From Podarcis cretensis (lineage: Eukaryota): a stretch of 64,000 bases of DNA. The notes beneath the pieces were generated by a model. The model was not told the DNA's origin. It did not search any database and worked only from the letters and a program-made list of their open reading frames with translations. Positions 13,120 to 25,098 of this stretch are shown in pieces (position 1 is the stretch's first letter; every line of letters starts with the position of its first letter). Both the position numbers and the translations under genes were made by a program. The stretch lies in NCBI GenBank assembly GCA_951804945.1, contig OX638153.1, positions 4,092,001 through 4,156,000 of the forward strand, in the 5' to 3' direction.

Positions 13120-14051
13120 AAAAGACATACAAGTAAACAATTTATACCCTCTTCTGAAGTGGATTTGCTGTGACAGCCAGGAAAATAAAATCTGAAAATG
13201 TTATAAGACACAATCCTTCTGTTGTGGAGAAGTATTTCTAGTGGCAGCCAGGAACATATACCCTTTTACAAAATGCAAGCCATGCTGCAATCATTTCATT
13301 TTTAATGCATCTGCTCTCTACTGTGTTCATGGTCAAAATGCTGTAGTTGGAAGTAGGCAAACTACCAAACCCCACGTGCACAGGAAGCTGATTAAGAATA
13401 CCACTCTGTAATTAATTGGTGGAAATGCCACATTTTTGTCCTCGTAGGTTATGGCTCTGATTGATTTTTGCGTATACAGTCTGCCAAAGAAGGGCTGTGA
13501 TATAAATCAATATATCATCTGATATCGGATTTTAGATCAAATCGTGATAACCGTTTTTTACAAAATGACTTTGCAATTTATCGCATCTCGTGTGTGTGGT
13601 ATTAAAAAATCATAATTTTGGAAAAACCAGAAAACTGATGCTTCTTCCTATGCGTTCAGCCCTTGCTAACTCCACCTCAGCTAGCTCTTCCCCACCTCCT
13701 GCAGCAACAAGAAATAGCTACAAATCACTGATTCAAAAATCGCCCAGCAGATACGCCCAGCAGAGCTTTGAGAACCGGTTAGCTCTCCGTCTCCCCGGCC
13801 ATCCAGCCTGCAAGCGGGGAATTCTTCCCTCCAGGCTCTTGCTTAAAGGTGCCAGGCTGGGACGTGTGTGTACTGCTTGTGGGTGCCCAAGTGTGTACGT
13901 GTGTCTCCCTCTTCCCTCCCGTTGGTGGGGTGTCTGGTGTGTTTTTGTGAAGAAGCAGCCACCAGCCGGCAAAAAAACACTCGGGTTTTCAACGACCCAG
14001 CCGACACTTCACTTTTTTCTGTAAGCTGCAGTTGGCCCCTTGTCGAAACTA

Positions 14052-14274
14052 CAGTGGTACCTCGGGTTACATACACTTCAGGTTACAGATGCTTCAGGTT
14101 ACAGAATCCGCTAACCTGGAAGTAGTACCTCAGATTAAGAACCTCACCTCAGGATGAGAATAGAAATCGTGCGGCGGCAGCCCATTAGCTTAAGTGGTGC
14201 TTCAGGTTAAGAACAGTTTCAGGTTAAGAACGGACCTCCGGAACGAATGAAGTATTTAACCTGAGGTACCACTG
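14052..14274. mobile_element. Tc1/mariner-pogo MITE
   Basis: TA|cagtggtacctc...gaggtaccactg|TA. Confidence 0.9.
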
Positions 14275-15185
14275 TACCACTTGTGTGTGGGGTGTGGGTG
14301 TGATTGTGTCTCCCAGACTCCCTCCCCCCTCTGTTGGTGTGCCCAGGTGATGCTTTGTTTGGAGCCATGGCACCATGGCACGGAACTTGCCTGGAGTGGC
14401 ACAGAGCTGTTAAGAGAGGCTTCTTTAGCTCCATTTCTTTATCCCTGTGTTAGCTCAGTCTGCCCTGCAGTGCTTTGCTTGCGCTCTGTGTGTGTGAGTG
14501 AGTGATTGTGGCTTGCAAGTTGCTTCAGAATAAAAGGGGGGAAACACCCAGTGTTTGTTGTGTGTGCCTTTCCTTGGGGCAGAAGCGGCCCACAGGAGGT
14601 TGCCAGCCCCATGTTAACTCTGCAAGCCTTCAGCTTTCCCCTCCCCAGTCGTAAGCACTCTTGAGATGCTGGTTGGCTTGCAAGTTGCTTCAGAGTAAAA
14701 GAGGAGAAAATCCCCCCTGCTGTGCCCTTTGAACCTCTTCTGCCTCCCCCCACCTCCTTATGCTGCCCATTTTCTCCTAGATGGCTATGCCAAGAGTGGA
14801 ACATTGATGGATGTCCCCTGATGTGGTGGGGGGCACATGAGGCATCCTTCCCATGTTGAAGGGGCTTGCAAAGACGTTTTTGGCTATCCCAAAGACAAAT
14901 GTGCCATTTGAAAGTGTGTTCAGCTCGGCTGGCAATGCTCTTCAAATACAAAGAGCATCTCTATTGCCAGAGAATGCCAAAATGCAGTTTTTCCTTGCAA
15001 AAAATATAAATTTCATTTAATAATTTTTGTTCTGTAAAATGTTCAGTAAGTGATGACTGATTGGCAAGGATGATCCATTCAGCAAAGAGAAAGAAGAAGC
15101 CAAAGGAAACAATGGCACCAAACACGGTTTTTAGAAGGTGAAGATTTGCCAGGAATGAATGAATGAATGAATGAATGAATATATA

Positions 15186-15778
15186 CCGTATTTTTCATCC
15201 CATAGGACGCTCCGTCCCATAGGACACACCTAGTTTGGGGGGGGGAATAAAGGGGGGGAAATTTCCTTTATTTCCCCCCCAAAAAAAAAACCAGGTTGGG
15301 GAACAGCGGTACGGCGGCGCTGTACCTCCCAGCTGTCCCCCGAGCTTGTGGGGCTGGCCGAGGTCTGCCCGGTGAGTGGGGTGCTCTGCTTCAGGGCGGC
15401 TTGCGCACCAGGCAGCAGGCTGCTTTCCGCAGCGTGGGGAGCCCCACGGGAACTCCCGCGGGGCTCCCCATGCTGCCGATGTCTGTCTGGCGCGAGGGGC
15501 GCTCTGCTTCAGAGCGCCCCTCACGCCGGGCAACAGGCTGCTATCCGCAGCCTAGGGAGCCCTGTGGGAGTTCCTGCAGGGCTCCCCACGCTGTGGATAA
15601 CAGCCTGCCGCCCGGCGCGCAAGGCGCCCTTAAGCAGAGCACTCCTTGCGCCGGGCGCACCGACCCCTCTCGCTCTCCAAGCTTCAGCGAAAGCCTGTAT
15701 TCGGCCCATAGGACGCACACAGATTTCCCCTTCATTTTTGGAGGGGAAAAAGTGTGTCCTATAGGGCGAAAAATACGG
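15186..15778. mobile_element. pogo/Tc2-like MITE with GC-rich internal inverted repeats
   Basis: TA|ccgtatttttc...gaaaaatacgg|TA. Confidence 0.85.
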
Positions 15779-15782
15779 TATA

Positions 15783-15953
15783 CTGTATTTTTCTGTGTAT
15801 AAGACTAGGTTTTTTATTTAAAATTACAGTAATGTTAAAAGGTGGGGGTCATCTTATACACAGGGGCAATCTCCCCCAATTTTCTCTATTTGGAGTCCCA
15901 AAAAAGAGGGGGTGTCTTATATACGGGGGCATGCCCTACACGGAAAAATACAG
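15783..15953. mobile_element. Second pogo/Tc2-like MITE abutting the first
   Basis: TA|ctgtatttttc...gaaaaatacag|TA. Confidence 0.8.
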
Positions 15954-16385
15954 TATGTATATCCCACTGAAATGGCTGTTTTAAAAATTGAAACAGGAAA
16001 ATGCTTGGCAATAAACCCAAGACACATTATTTTATTTAATACTTTTCCTATATCATTTTTGCATGGTTACCTTTTTGGAAGATTGAACCCAAGGGCTTCA
16101 AAATCAGTGCTGCCACCTAAGCAGCTCTTCTCAACTGTCTGATCAAGCTCTAGACACAACAAATCCTCAGCTCTAAATGTCAGCAATCAAAGAGGCTCGG
16201 GATGCCTAGATTTTCCATTAAGGCACAGACAGTGAATCTGATTAAAGGTCAAATGCATAGACTAAAGGAAATCAAACTGGCTGTAAAATAAGAGAATTTT
16301 CTAACTCTTTGTTTGCCACACAAATATTCACAATACAAGAACATAGTAAGCTGCCTTATACCAAGTGAGACCATTGGTCAATCTC

Positions 16386-16520
16386 AAAGGTAAAAAGATA
16401 AAGGACCCCTGGACAGTTGAGTCTGGTCAAAGGCAACTATGGAGCGTGGCACTCATCTCACTTCGGGCCAAGGGAACCGGCGTTTGTCCAAAGCTTTCCA
16501 GGTCATGTGGCAAGCATGAC
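16386..16520 (-). mobile_element. Sauria SINE 3' fragment
   Basis: aaaggtaaa...ctcatctcact...ccaggtcatgtggcaagcatgac matches the other copies. Confidence 0.8.
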
Positions 16521-16521
16521 C

Positions 16522-18500
16522 AATGCGGGATTTACATATAAGCTAAACAAGCTATAGCTTAGGACCCCACTCTCTTGCCCCCCCCAATTTTTTTTTTTTT
16601 AAGAATAATTTTTATTAACCGACCAATCACATCAAATCAAACCAAATTACATAAATTCCAAATTACACAGCTGAATTTTAAATTTTTGTTGGGGGTACCC
16701 ATATTTCAAGTTCCGAAGGGGATCCAATCAACTTCTTGCTTCCTGCTGCTGTTTTAATGTCCACAAATCTGACCATATGATGTTCACAGTACTATCCAGT
16801 CCTTTCTTATTGTTTTTCCACATCTCTTGTTATTTTCATATATTTTTCCTTTCTCTTTGTGACCTCTGATAGTCTCCACAAGCTGGTTAAAACAGTTTGT
16901 AATCCTGCGTGGATTTTTTTTTATCCAGTAGCCATATCCAGACGTTTTCCATATAACATCACTTCCATAAATCAAAACAGTCTTAGCGTCATTAATCTTC
17001 ACAAATCTGCCTCCTTTCTCAAACCTCTGAAGAGGTTCACTAGGAATGCAGTCTGAAAACAAATCCGTTCCTCCTCCCGGCTATAAATCCTTTGGCAAGA
17101 TGGCGACTCTGAATTAATTGCTGCGCCATTCCAAAAGCTCTTATTCCTTTTTGATCTACATAAAGCATACTTTTGGTTAAAGTTTATTTCCACACAGACC
17201 TTAATCATCCTGCTTGGGTCAGTTAAACCGACGGTTCTAATGAGGAGGGGTTCTTGGTTAATCACATAGAAAAAAAGTAAAAAAGGTTTCCCCCCCCCAT
17301 TCAGTTCCGTTGCCGACATACCCAGCCTTTGATGTATCTTCATCGTAAAATATTCCTGTTGCTCCAACCCGTCGTCTTCTTTCGCAGAGGTCCCTTCAAT
17401 TAGCAGTCTTCACTCCCCTTCTTCACTTGAAATATGTGCATTTGCTTCTTTTGTAATTCATTATTCCAAATTGCTGCAGCTAGTGCGCTATCAGAGACAG
17501 CGTCCAGGAGAGCCAAAGTCCACACGGGGGCATTCTGCCTAGTGCCCTCACCCCCTTTTTCGAATTTGGGGGTGATTTATGGGCACAGCAGGCAAGGGCA
17601 GTGTTCCCCATTCCCTTGGGGCAACAAGGGAGGCTGCCTACTCCCATAACAGCCTCTTAATTACCCCGTGTGGTCCAGAGAGATGTACTGGATGTACATT
17701 TCCAAAATATGATAAAAAAACAAATAAAATAAAACCTACATGCAGCAGCAGTGTTTTGTGTTGTGTAGGCTCCTATGATGCAAGTAATGGTCCCCACCTG
17801 CTAGCCTGCTCCCTAAAATATCACTGATTTGCTCATTTCTATATATATGTCTCAAGATAAATTATGCTACCTCAGCCTCATGTGCATAGAAAGTGACAAG
17901 CTACACAGTTTATCATTTGATGATATCATCAGTGATTTTGCTTTGGCAAAGGCAAGGAAAGTATTGTAATTTAGATCATGTTTGTGTACTGTTTGTATGC
18001 ACAGTATACAATAAATCATGATAAAATTATACAGTTGAATGGGTATTGGGTAGATGTATTAATATAACTAGTCCTGTTAAATAATTTTTTGATGTACAGG
18101 CATGTATGGTATTAGAAATACCGTCTTTTACACTCACTAATTGTAACAGGGTACAAAGGCCTGCTATCCCACTGAACAGTGTAGACTACTATGGTGATAC
18201 TGACATTATATTAAAAATACATTGTATTAACTACAATTGCACTGTATAGGTTATAACACTTAATTTCATATTAATAAAGCTATTTATAATTATTAGTAGT
18301 TTGCATCATATATTTACACCTATTATTATTTCATGTTATAGCAAATTTCTAGAGACTAGATTATGAGTCTTTGTAAATTGTGTTTTCTAAAGGAACTTTT
18401 GTTATTGCCAAATGCCAATGTGTTTGCATTATTAAGTTTGTATGAATAAAAAATCATTTTAAGTTATTAGCTTAATAATTATTTCACTATTAATATACTT
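16522..18500 (+). mobile_element. hAT DNA transposon remnant, interrupted by an L1 derivative
   Basis: Left end caatgcgggattta (like the 2763 TIR). 17847-17969 encodes MSQDKLCYLSLMCIESDKLHSLSFDDIISDFALAKARKVL*, typical of the hAT transposase C-terminal dimerisation region. Right end not found. Confidence 0.7.
16588..17683 (-). mobile_element. Non-autonomous L1-derived element nested in the hAT
   Basis: Poly-T and tttatt at the left end; degenerate ORF2-end motif (GKTIRKDWIVL); GC-richer 5' portion; hAT sequence resumes at ~17684. Confidence 0.55.
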
Positions 18501-19997
18501 CTTTTTAATTGTATTTCACTATTAATGTACCAAGAACCAAACTGGAAAACCACATTTACAAGGCTCCCCCAGAAGTTGATATTTCCAGAAATTATGAATT
18601 ATTCAGATTTGCCTTGACATGCAAACAGGATCAAATCTTGCTCCCTAGTAGCCTCCTGAAGGATAGTCTCCCTTGGAAAACCAAGCTGGACCAGAAAACT
18701 CCAGAGGCTGAAGGGAAAAGGGCTCCATTTGCCCCTTTGCAATGCATTACTCACTTGAGGAATTTTTCAGCATGCAGGAAGTTGATGGCTATCAGCAGCT
18801 GTGGAAAGTGATGGCGCACGGGTACCTTGTATTCATCCATTCAGAGGATGGCGTGCTGCAGGCTGGTCAGATGTTGCCGGAAGAGAGAGAGGAGCAAGTC
18901 ACTTTCCCTGCTTTCCTGCAGAATAGAGAAACCCCTCAATATTACGCTGGGGAGAAGAAGCCACAAAGCAAGGTATTGTCCTTAGCACAGCAGTGGCAGA
19001 CTCTGCCAAGGGGCTCTGATGCAGTTGCTTGGCCGTCAGATGGAGTAGTTGTTGTTGGTCAGCCAAAACCTCCTGCCATATTCTCTTGCAGGCACAGTGA
19101 ATGGAAAAACAAGAGCAACGGTCAGACCCCTTGGCTCAGGGATGGCGCATTATTGCACCATGTGCCGGGGCCAGAAGGGCACTTTGCCTCAGAACCTGAC
19201 CCCTCCACAGGTGGTCCAGCTCCATCAGGAGCTCTACTGCTTGCTGCCATGCCACAAAGAGAGGAGATGGCTTGGTCTTCCCTGGTCTCCTGCACTCCAG
19301 AAGGATCCCTCAGTGATCTGGATCAGCCCCTCTGTGCCGCTGCATGTCTGCAGATAGCAAAAAAGACTGCTCCTGTTGAGAGAGGGGAAACCTGCACCGA
19401 GAGGACAGAGGCCTGTCCCTGCCTTCACGGCCTCTGCTCTGTTGCTCTTCCTGCTAAAAGGACCTAATCCTGGCTATGGTACCACGGCGGGAACCCTCCA
19501 AATCCTCTGCCTGTTGCCATGAGGCAGCAAATCAGCTGGGAAGCCAAAGGGAGGAAGAGATTTGGAGACTGGCTGCTGACACTGTGGGGAGCGGATTCTC
19601 CAGCTGCCTGGAGAGAGTTACTTTCTGAGCAAGCCTTGCAGATTCCCAACATCTCTCTTAGGCGGGTAGAAGCTTGAGTGCCCCATAAACAAAAGGAAAT
19701 TGGAGGAGGTATTCAACCACTTTCTCCAGGCGATGGTAAGCGAAGATGGAGAAAGCGCAGATGGCCACTTCTCTGCCCTCCATTGTAGACCTCAGAGTGA
19801 TCTTATGGAAGGCCTCCAGCAGCACCTCCACCTGTCAGAGATGAAGGAGAGGGTAACTCAGATGGTACCAGGAAGTGGGGCTGTCTCAGGACCCTTTGCT
19901 GTGGTTCTTGTTCTGACATTGTGAGGCCCCTCTCAGCAAACATGTGTCATCGCCACCCAGTGGCATGAGGTGGACTCCCCTACTTCAAGGCAGAGGC

Positions 19998-20127
19998 TTA
20001 GAAGACATCTGAAGGCAGCCCTGTTTAGGGAAGTTTTTAATGACTGATGTTTTAATGTATTTTTAACCTTCTCTTGGAAGCTGCCCAGAGTGGCTGGGGA
20101 AACCCAGCCAGATGGGTGGAATAGAAA

Positions 20128-20128
<1 letters not shown>
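19998..20128 (+). mobile_element. L2 3' tail fragment
   Basis: agacatctgaaggcagccctgtttagggaag...gcccagagtggctggggaaacccagccagatggg. Confidence 0.7.

Positions 20129-20181
<53 letters not shown>
20128..20181. repeat. (GTT)n microsatellite
   Basis: Direct observation. Confidence 0.95.
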
Positions 20182-21693
20182 CTCCTACGCTGGCAGCACC
20201 TTACCTCCACTGCTTTGCTACTGAGCTCTTGGTGGGAGATGTCCAAGGGTTTGAAGATGCTCTCAACAGCAAAGTCACTGGCCAGGAAGCACTTGGCCAC
20301 CAAGAGCTGCTCTGCAGGAAGGAAGGCGACCTGAAACAAGAGGAAGGTCAGAGATGCCCACAGGAAAAACTCATTCATTCTTTCATTCATTCATTCATTC
20401 AAAGCATTTGTACCCCTCATTTCAGCTAAAAGGGCTCCCAGAATGGCTTATACAAAATCAAAAACAAGACACTCCCTAGTCACAGGCTTACATTCGAATA
20501 AACAAACCAACAAACAGAAACACAACACAGAAGGAAGAGGAATAAGGAGGGCAGAGGAAAAGAAAACTCACAAACTCAGGCCCCCAATGTCTAGAGTGCT
20601 GGTTCTATCTCTCCCATGGAGTCAGCCTGTTGAAATGGCTGCAGCCAGATGACCATTGAGGGAGAGGCCTGCTGGAGTTGGCCTGTCTCAGCAGAGCTGA
20701 TGGCGTTGAGTCTCGTCCCTCCTTCCTCCATGAGTAGAGCTCCGCTAGGCCTCCTCTCTCTGCCTTGCCTGCACCCGAGAGCAACGCTTCCCTCGGACTG
20801 ACTCCGTGAGGTGAGATGCAAACTCCATGAATCAGCTCTGTGAAAAGACCAGATCCACTCAGCACCTTCTATGCCTCCGCTGGGCCAGCTGACCGCGCTA
20901 CCTGTTCTTCTGTTTTTTCCTTTCCCTCTCAAACAAGAATACAAAGTTAATATCTATTATGTAGAAGTATCAATTGACCCTTTCCCAGATTCACAAGTTT
21001 TTTTAATGCCCAATAGCATTAAGAATGCTCTGTTTAAAATAATATTCACCCAACTACAATATAAAAGACTAACTTTTCCTTTACAGCATTCATTCTCCCC
21101 TTCTAAAAACTTGCCCAAAAAGTTTCCTTTGACCTTTGCCAAACTTGCTGATAGCATTATTCTATGTCCTACAGCTAAGTCTCCTGGAAATGCCAACTTT
21201 CACTCACCTCCAAGAGTCTTTCAAACGCCATATTCTAAATTCAAACAAGCAAGGATCACTACAGCAAACCTCTGCCAACCTCTGCACACTGCGGATGCCA
21301 GAACCTCAGTTCAAACAGTCAGAGCCTCCATTGCTTGGGTGACATGGAACGCACGGCCACCATGCCAAGATTCCAGGAGAATCCGTGTGGCCTAGTGGTT
21401 AGAGTGCTGGACCTGGGAGAGCTGGGTTCAATTTCCCGCCATGAGACGCACTGGGTGATCTTGGGCTAGCCACTCCCTCTCAGCCTAACTGGCTCCTGAG
21501 TCTGTTGCAGCACCCTCCTGCTCAAAGCCTTGTGTTAGCACTTCAAAAGATTAACACAAACATTTGCAACCTCAGAGGGGGTTAATTAAAAAGCTCAAGA
21601 CACCAGAGTTTATGTGATGGCCTGTCTTTTAAAGACCCACAGAATGTAGAATCATAGAATCGTGGAGTTGGAAGGGGTCCTGGGGGTCATCTA

Positions 21694-22166
21694 TGTTATT
21701 CTAAAGCAGCAATGCAGCAGCAAGCAAAGGCTATAGCAGCCAAGTCAGCTGCTTGTGGCTGGAAAGCCAAACAGGATGTTTGTGACTGTTGCCATGGGAA
21801 CAAAGGGGCAGTCCATTCTCCTTGTTGAGCACCGGATGTGAGCTCAGTGTGTGTGTCATATGACCCGTACTGGAAGTACTTGGGTGGAGTTTATTCTTAC
21901 TGCTGTTGAGTGCAGACATGTTTTCTCTGTACTGAAGTGAAAGACAGAAATAAAAGATGTAAATAGATTTCTGTCTGCATCTTTCCCCTCCCTGGGGACA
22001 CCAAAGGGGAGAGAGAAGGAACGGTGTGTTTTTCTCACAGCCTGAGAAGAATCGCCGAGACCTCGCCAGCTTATCTGCCGGGAGTAGCAGCCGGGAGGTC
22101 ACCGAGGAATATCTGCCGGTGCCTGGAAGACTGGCACATCCCTCTGACCCAGGCAGAATTCCAACA
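21694..22166 (+). mobile_element. Solo LTR inserted into a CR1-tail SINE fragment
   Basis: TGTT...AACA termini; perfect 5-bp TSD atcta (21689-21693, 22167-22171); internal AATAAA ~21949; the flanks rejoin as gtcatctagtccaacccc. Confidence 0.85.
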
Positions 22167-23334
22167 ATCTAGTCCAACCCCCTGAAATGCACAAAGAGCT
22201 GCAGTTCTGCAGCAAGCAGCGAGACCAGAAACCAAATCCTCACTCAGCCAGAGTGGTCACCAAGAGATCTTACCCTCAAAGTACCTTCACAGGCTTGTTG
22301 GAAGGATAACAGGGCAGGGGGAAAGTATAGATGCCCCCCTGAGCTCCTTGGAGTTCAAGCAAGATATAGATCATGAATCTTATGAATGGGAAGGTGGGTC
22401 CAGCATAGATATTTAGTGCATGTGAACACAGGAGTAGTGGAACCGCATCTTCCTGGCAGCAGACGACAGAACTGTGAGACAGGTGTAAAATACTCAAGCA
22501 AGAGTTTTATTTACTACCTTACAAACACAAAGCATGTGGGTATTCTCTTTTGCAGGCAAATTCAAACTGCAACTTCTCCTTTTGTACTCATCACCAGCTG
22601 TACCTAAACAGCCTAGAAAACCACACCCAGAACTCACAGAAACAGTTCTTAAAGTGACAATCATCTTTTCAGTTTCTTTGCAGAATGACTCCTAACAAGG
22701 AGCACAAGAAGTTGCAGCGTTCTGCAGTGTTTGCAGCAAATGTGAAAGCAACACAAAAAGGAGATCAATACGGTGACCAAACGTGGGACCTTCTGCATGC
22801 AAAGCAGGTGTTCTGCCATCAAGCTTTGCTCTTTCTTCAAATACACAAAGCCTGTAAAAAAAAAAAACCCTGCAATGTGATCTTCCTATCTTGATTCACA
22901 ATACCTATGGAGAAACATGACAGGCCAAAACAAAAGCACTGAAACTATTCACCATTCTTCGTAAACATTTTTGGTTGTACTGAAAAGCTCCCCTTTGAAT
23001 AATTTTCTTCTCTGAAATCCTCTGCATGCACCAGAAACTTTTTATTGATATACATGCAGACATCTTGGGAGAAATTATGGGGAAATAATTAAATTTGGAG
23101 GAAAAGCTCTGGCCAGGAGATTGCACATCATCTAAGAACTCTATAGCTATACAAATCTGAATCTTATTAAGGACATCAAAATCGGTGAGGCTATAATACT
23201 GGCATCAACAAAAACGCACATATTACTGAACAGTGAATACAGGCATTTACTGGTAATTCTGAAGATTTTAAAATGTGCACAGGGGAATGTGCATAACTAA
23301 ATGTCAAAGACTACAAAGTGCATTGGGGCATATG

Positions 23335-24020
23335 GGGATGTTAGGGGAGGGGTAGTACCTCTGTGGGGTAGATAGGCCGTGCTCCTTCTGCAGTTGTTTG
23401 TCCACCTTTGGTCCCCACCATGCACTCCTAGAAGCTGTCAACATATGACAGTGGCCACACCTCAGGAACAGCTTCGACTGGCCGGCTAAACCGGGTGAGG
23501 GTAGCCAATGGATTTCAAACCTTTGGTGAGCTAGGGACTGGAGACAGGCTCCAGCAGATTGAGCAGGTGAGAACAATAGTGGGTCCAATGGTCAAGAAGG
23601 TGGTTTCTGCATGTGATGTGAGGTGCAGGTGGGGCTTGTCAACCTGGAAGGTAGCCCATCTAGGAGAAGGAAAACTCTGATTCTAAACCTTTGCTGCCTT
23701 GCAGGATATCTTCATAGGAAGAAAAGACCAAGGAGTAAACCCTATACAAATCCAGAGTAGCATCCCTAAGACTGTTGGATGGTGTCTTGTATGTCCCCCC
23801 CCCCAGCAACTCCTGTAGCCAAGCTGGTGCCAAACATATTGCTCTGCTTTCCTTTTGACCACATCAGGGTGGTCTTGTCATCTGTGCAGCCCAGGACCTC
23901 CAGACACATGGCCCAGGCTTGTGCCTCAGGGAGGTCACTTTGGTGCTGCAAACACAACGGTTTGACTTCACTCCCAGAGGAACACTCCACTGTCTCTCAA
24001 GACAGACAGATGCCAACAAG
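23335..24020 (+). mobile_element. RTE-clade-derived non-autonomous element
   Basis: 5' part contains gtagcccatctaggagaaggaaaactctga (RTE 5' UTR-like); 3' end gtctctcaagacagacagatgccaacaa; no ORF. Confidence 0.45.
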
Positions 24021-24276
24021 AATACAAACTGTGTTCAGTAGATATTCAAATGCCATGCTGATTTCTTTCAAGTCTTACCTGCCATTTCCTTCTGACCCTC
24101 GTAAAACCTTAAGAATTACCAGTAAATGTCAGCATCCACCAAGTTTAGGTTACTGAAACATATTCGCATACAATATGTATCAGTTGTATGTAGATTCAAA
24201 GCATCAAACAATTATTGGCACTGAAAATTAGACTATTCACTAGCAAATATGGCATAGGCTTTTTGATTTCTGTACT

Positions 24277-24356
24277 TCATGCCTCTTTGGTCTTGTATTT
24301 GGAAAACAGGCAGTACAAGACTAGCAACGTGGTCTTCATATCTCGGTTCACAAGAT
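24277..24356 (-). CDS. PARVG: gamma-parvin coding exon 12 (last): (D)LVNRDMKTTLLVLYCLFSKYKTKEA*
   Basis: ttttcacag acceptor; matches the parvin CH2 C-terminus; TGA at 24277-24279. Confidence 0.92.
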
Positions 24357-24949
24357 CTGTGAAAACATAAGGCAGACAAAAGTAGAATGGGTAAATTATA
24401 CATCCTTGAGCTAAAGAGGGACAGCCCATATAACACATTGAATCTGAATTCCCTAGAATGGAATGGGGAAACCAAGGCAGCTACCACAAACCCCAAGCTC
24501 AGGAACAGAGGTGACGGTTGGGATTTCGTCTGAACCGGAGGATGGGCATCCAGCCAATCACCATTATGCGTGTCTGCCCAGTTCTTCCTCCCGCGTGATG
24601 TCCGGAATAATCATCTGTCTCCCCGACAGAACTCCGTGACCCACGTCTTCCAACAGTAGGCACACATTAGCAGAGTAAACAAATCATCAACAGAAGCCAG
24701 GCCCGAGGTGGGGGCACTAAAGCTACTTTATTACTGACAGTTCAGAACAAAAGGAACATGTCTCCTCTCCTTCTTGCTCTCAAAGAGAAGGAAACAAAAG
24801 CAATACCAAAATGGAACAGTGAAAGTCAAAACATCCGTTCTCGTGCTCCAACAGCTAGTGCTGGAATGTATACAGACATCTGAGAAGTGCCCCTAAGGTG
24901 ATGTGGAAACATGAAGTGAAAACGCACCCCTTCTTGTACAATGACTAAC

Positions 24950-25022
24950 CTTCAGGGTTGATAGGTACATCCAGAAGGCCTCCGTCCATTAGCAAGTCTA
25001 CTGCAAGGCTTGCATTGTGTAC
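24950..25022 (-). CDS. PARVG: gamma-parvin coding exon 11: VHNASLAVDLLMDGGLLDVPINPE
   Basis: AG/GT sites; 73 nt, the same size as the PARVB paralogous exon. Confidence 0.92.
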
Positions 25023-25098
25023 CTGAGAAGGGTCAACAAAAGAAAAGGTGGTGTCAATTCTGGAAAAATTATCACCAATGGAAAACAACAACATATTA

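Larger units (their letters stand above)
18755..21234 (-). pseudogene. Maestro HEAT-like repeat (MROH)-like spliced gene remnant
   Basis: Exon 20330-20205 (tttcag|VAFLPAEQ...KAVE|gtaagg) joins in phase to 19831-~19685 (gacag|VEVLLEAFHKITL...AFSIFAYHRLEKVVEYLLQFPF). Then a decayed exon 19347-19245 and exon 18915-18755 (...AIL*MDEYKVPVRHHFPQLLIAINFLH...|gtgagt). Possible upstream 27-nt exon 21234-21208 (NMAFERLLE). Internal TGA and frameshifts are present. Confidence 0.6.

Noticed and set aside
15195-15802. Overlapping GC-rich ORFs (also 8364-8896, 25271-25884, 28453-28999, 45224-45869, 61735-62392)
   Set aside because: They coincide with GC-rich MITEs or repeats that lack stop codons by composition.
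18742-19467. 241-aa plus-strand ORF, the longest non-L1 ORF in the track
   Set aside because: No recognisable domain. It lies antisense to the MROH-like exons and spans their introns, so it is most likely a shadow ORF.
20052-20429. Poly-Q / poly-L ORFs, and the KKER/FFLS ORFs at 37982-38291
   Set aside because: Translations of microsatellites. Only the embedded 20205-20330 exon is meaningful.
21900-22113. Apparent minus-strand exons (LLLPADKLARSRRFFSG; a 31-nt exon) as part of the MROH-like gene
   Set aside because: Both fall inside the TSD-bounded solo LTR 21694-22166, so the similarity is probably coincidental.
24233-24496. FNVLYGL in the listed ORF as the PARVG last exon
   Set aside because: The true last exon is 24356-24277 in another frame, with the proper acceptor and phase.
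24510-24930. Possible reverse solo LTR in the last PARVG intron (CCAAT, tttatt, CpG-rich)
   Set aside because: I could not find matching TG...CA ends with a TSD, so it is left uncalled.
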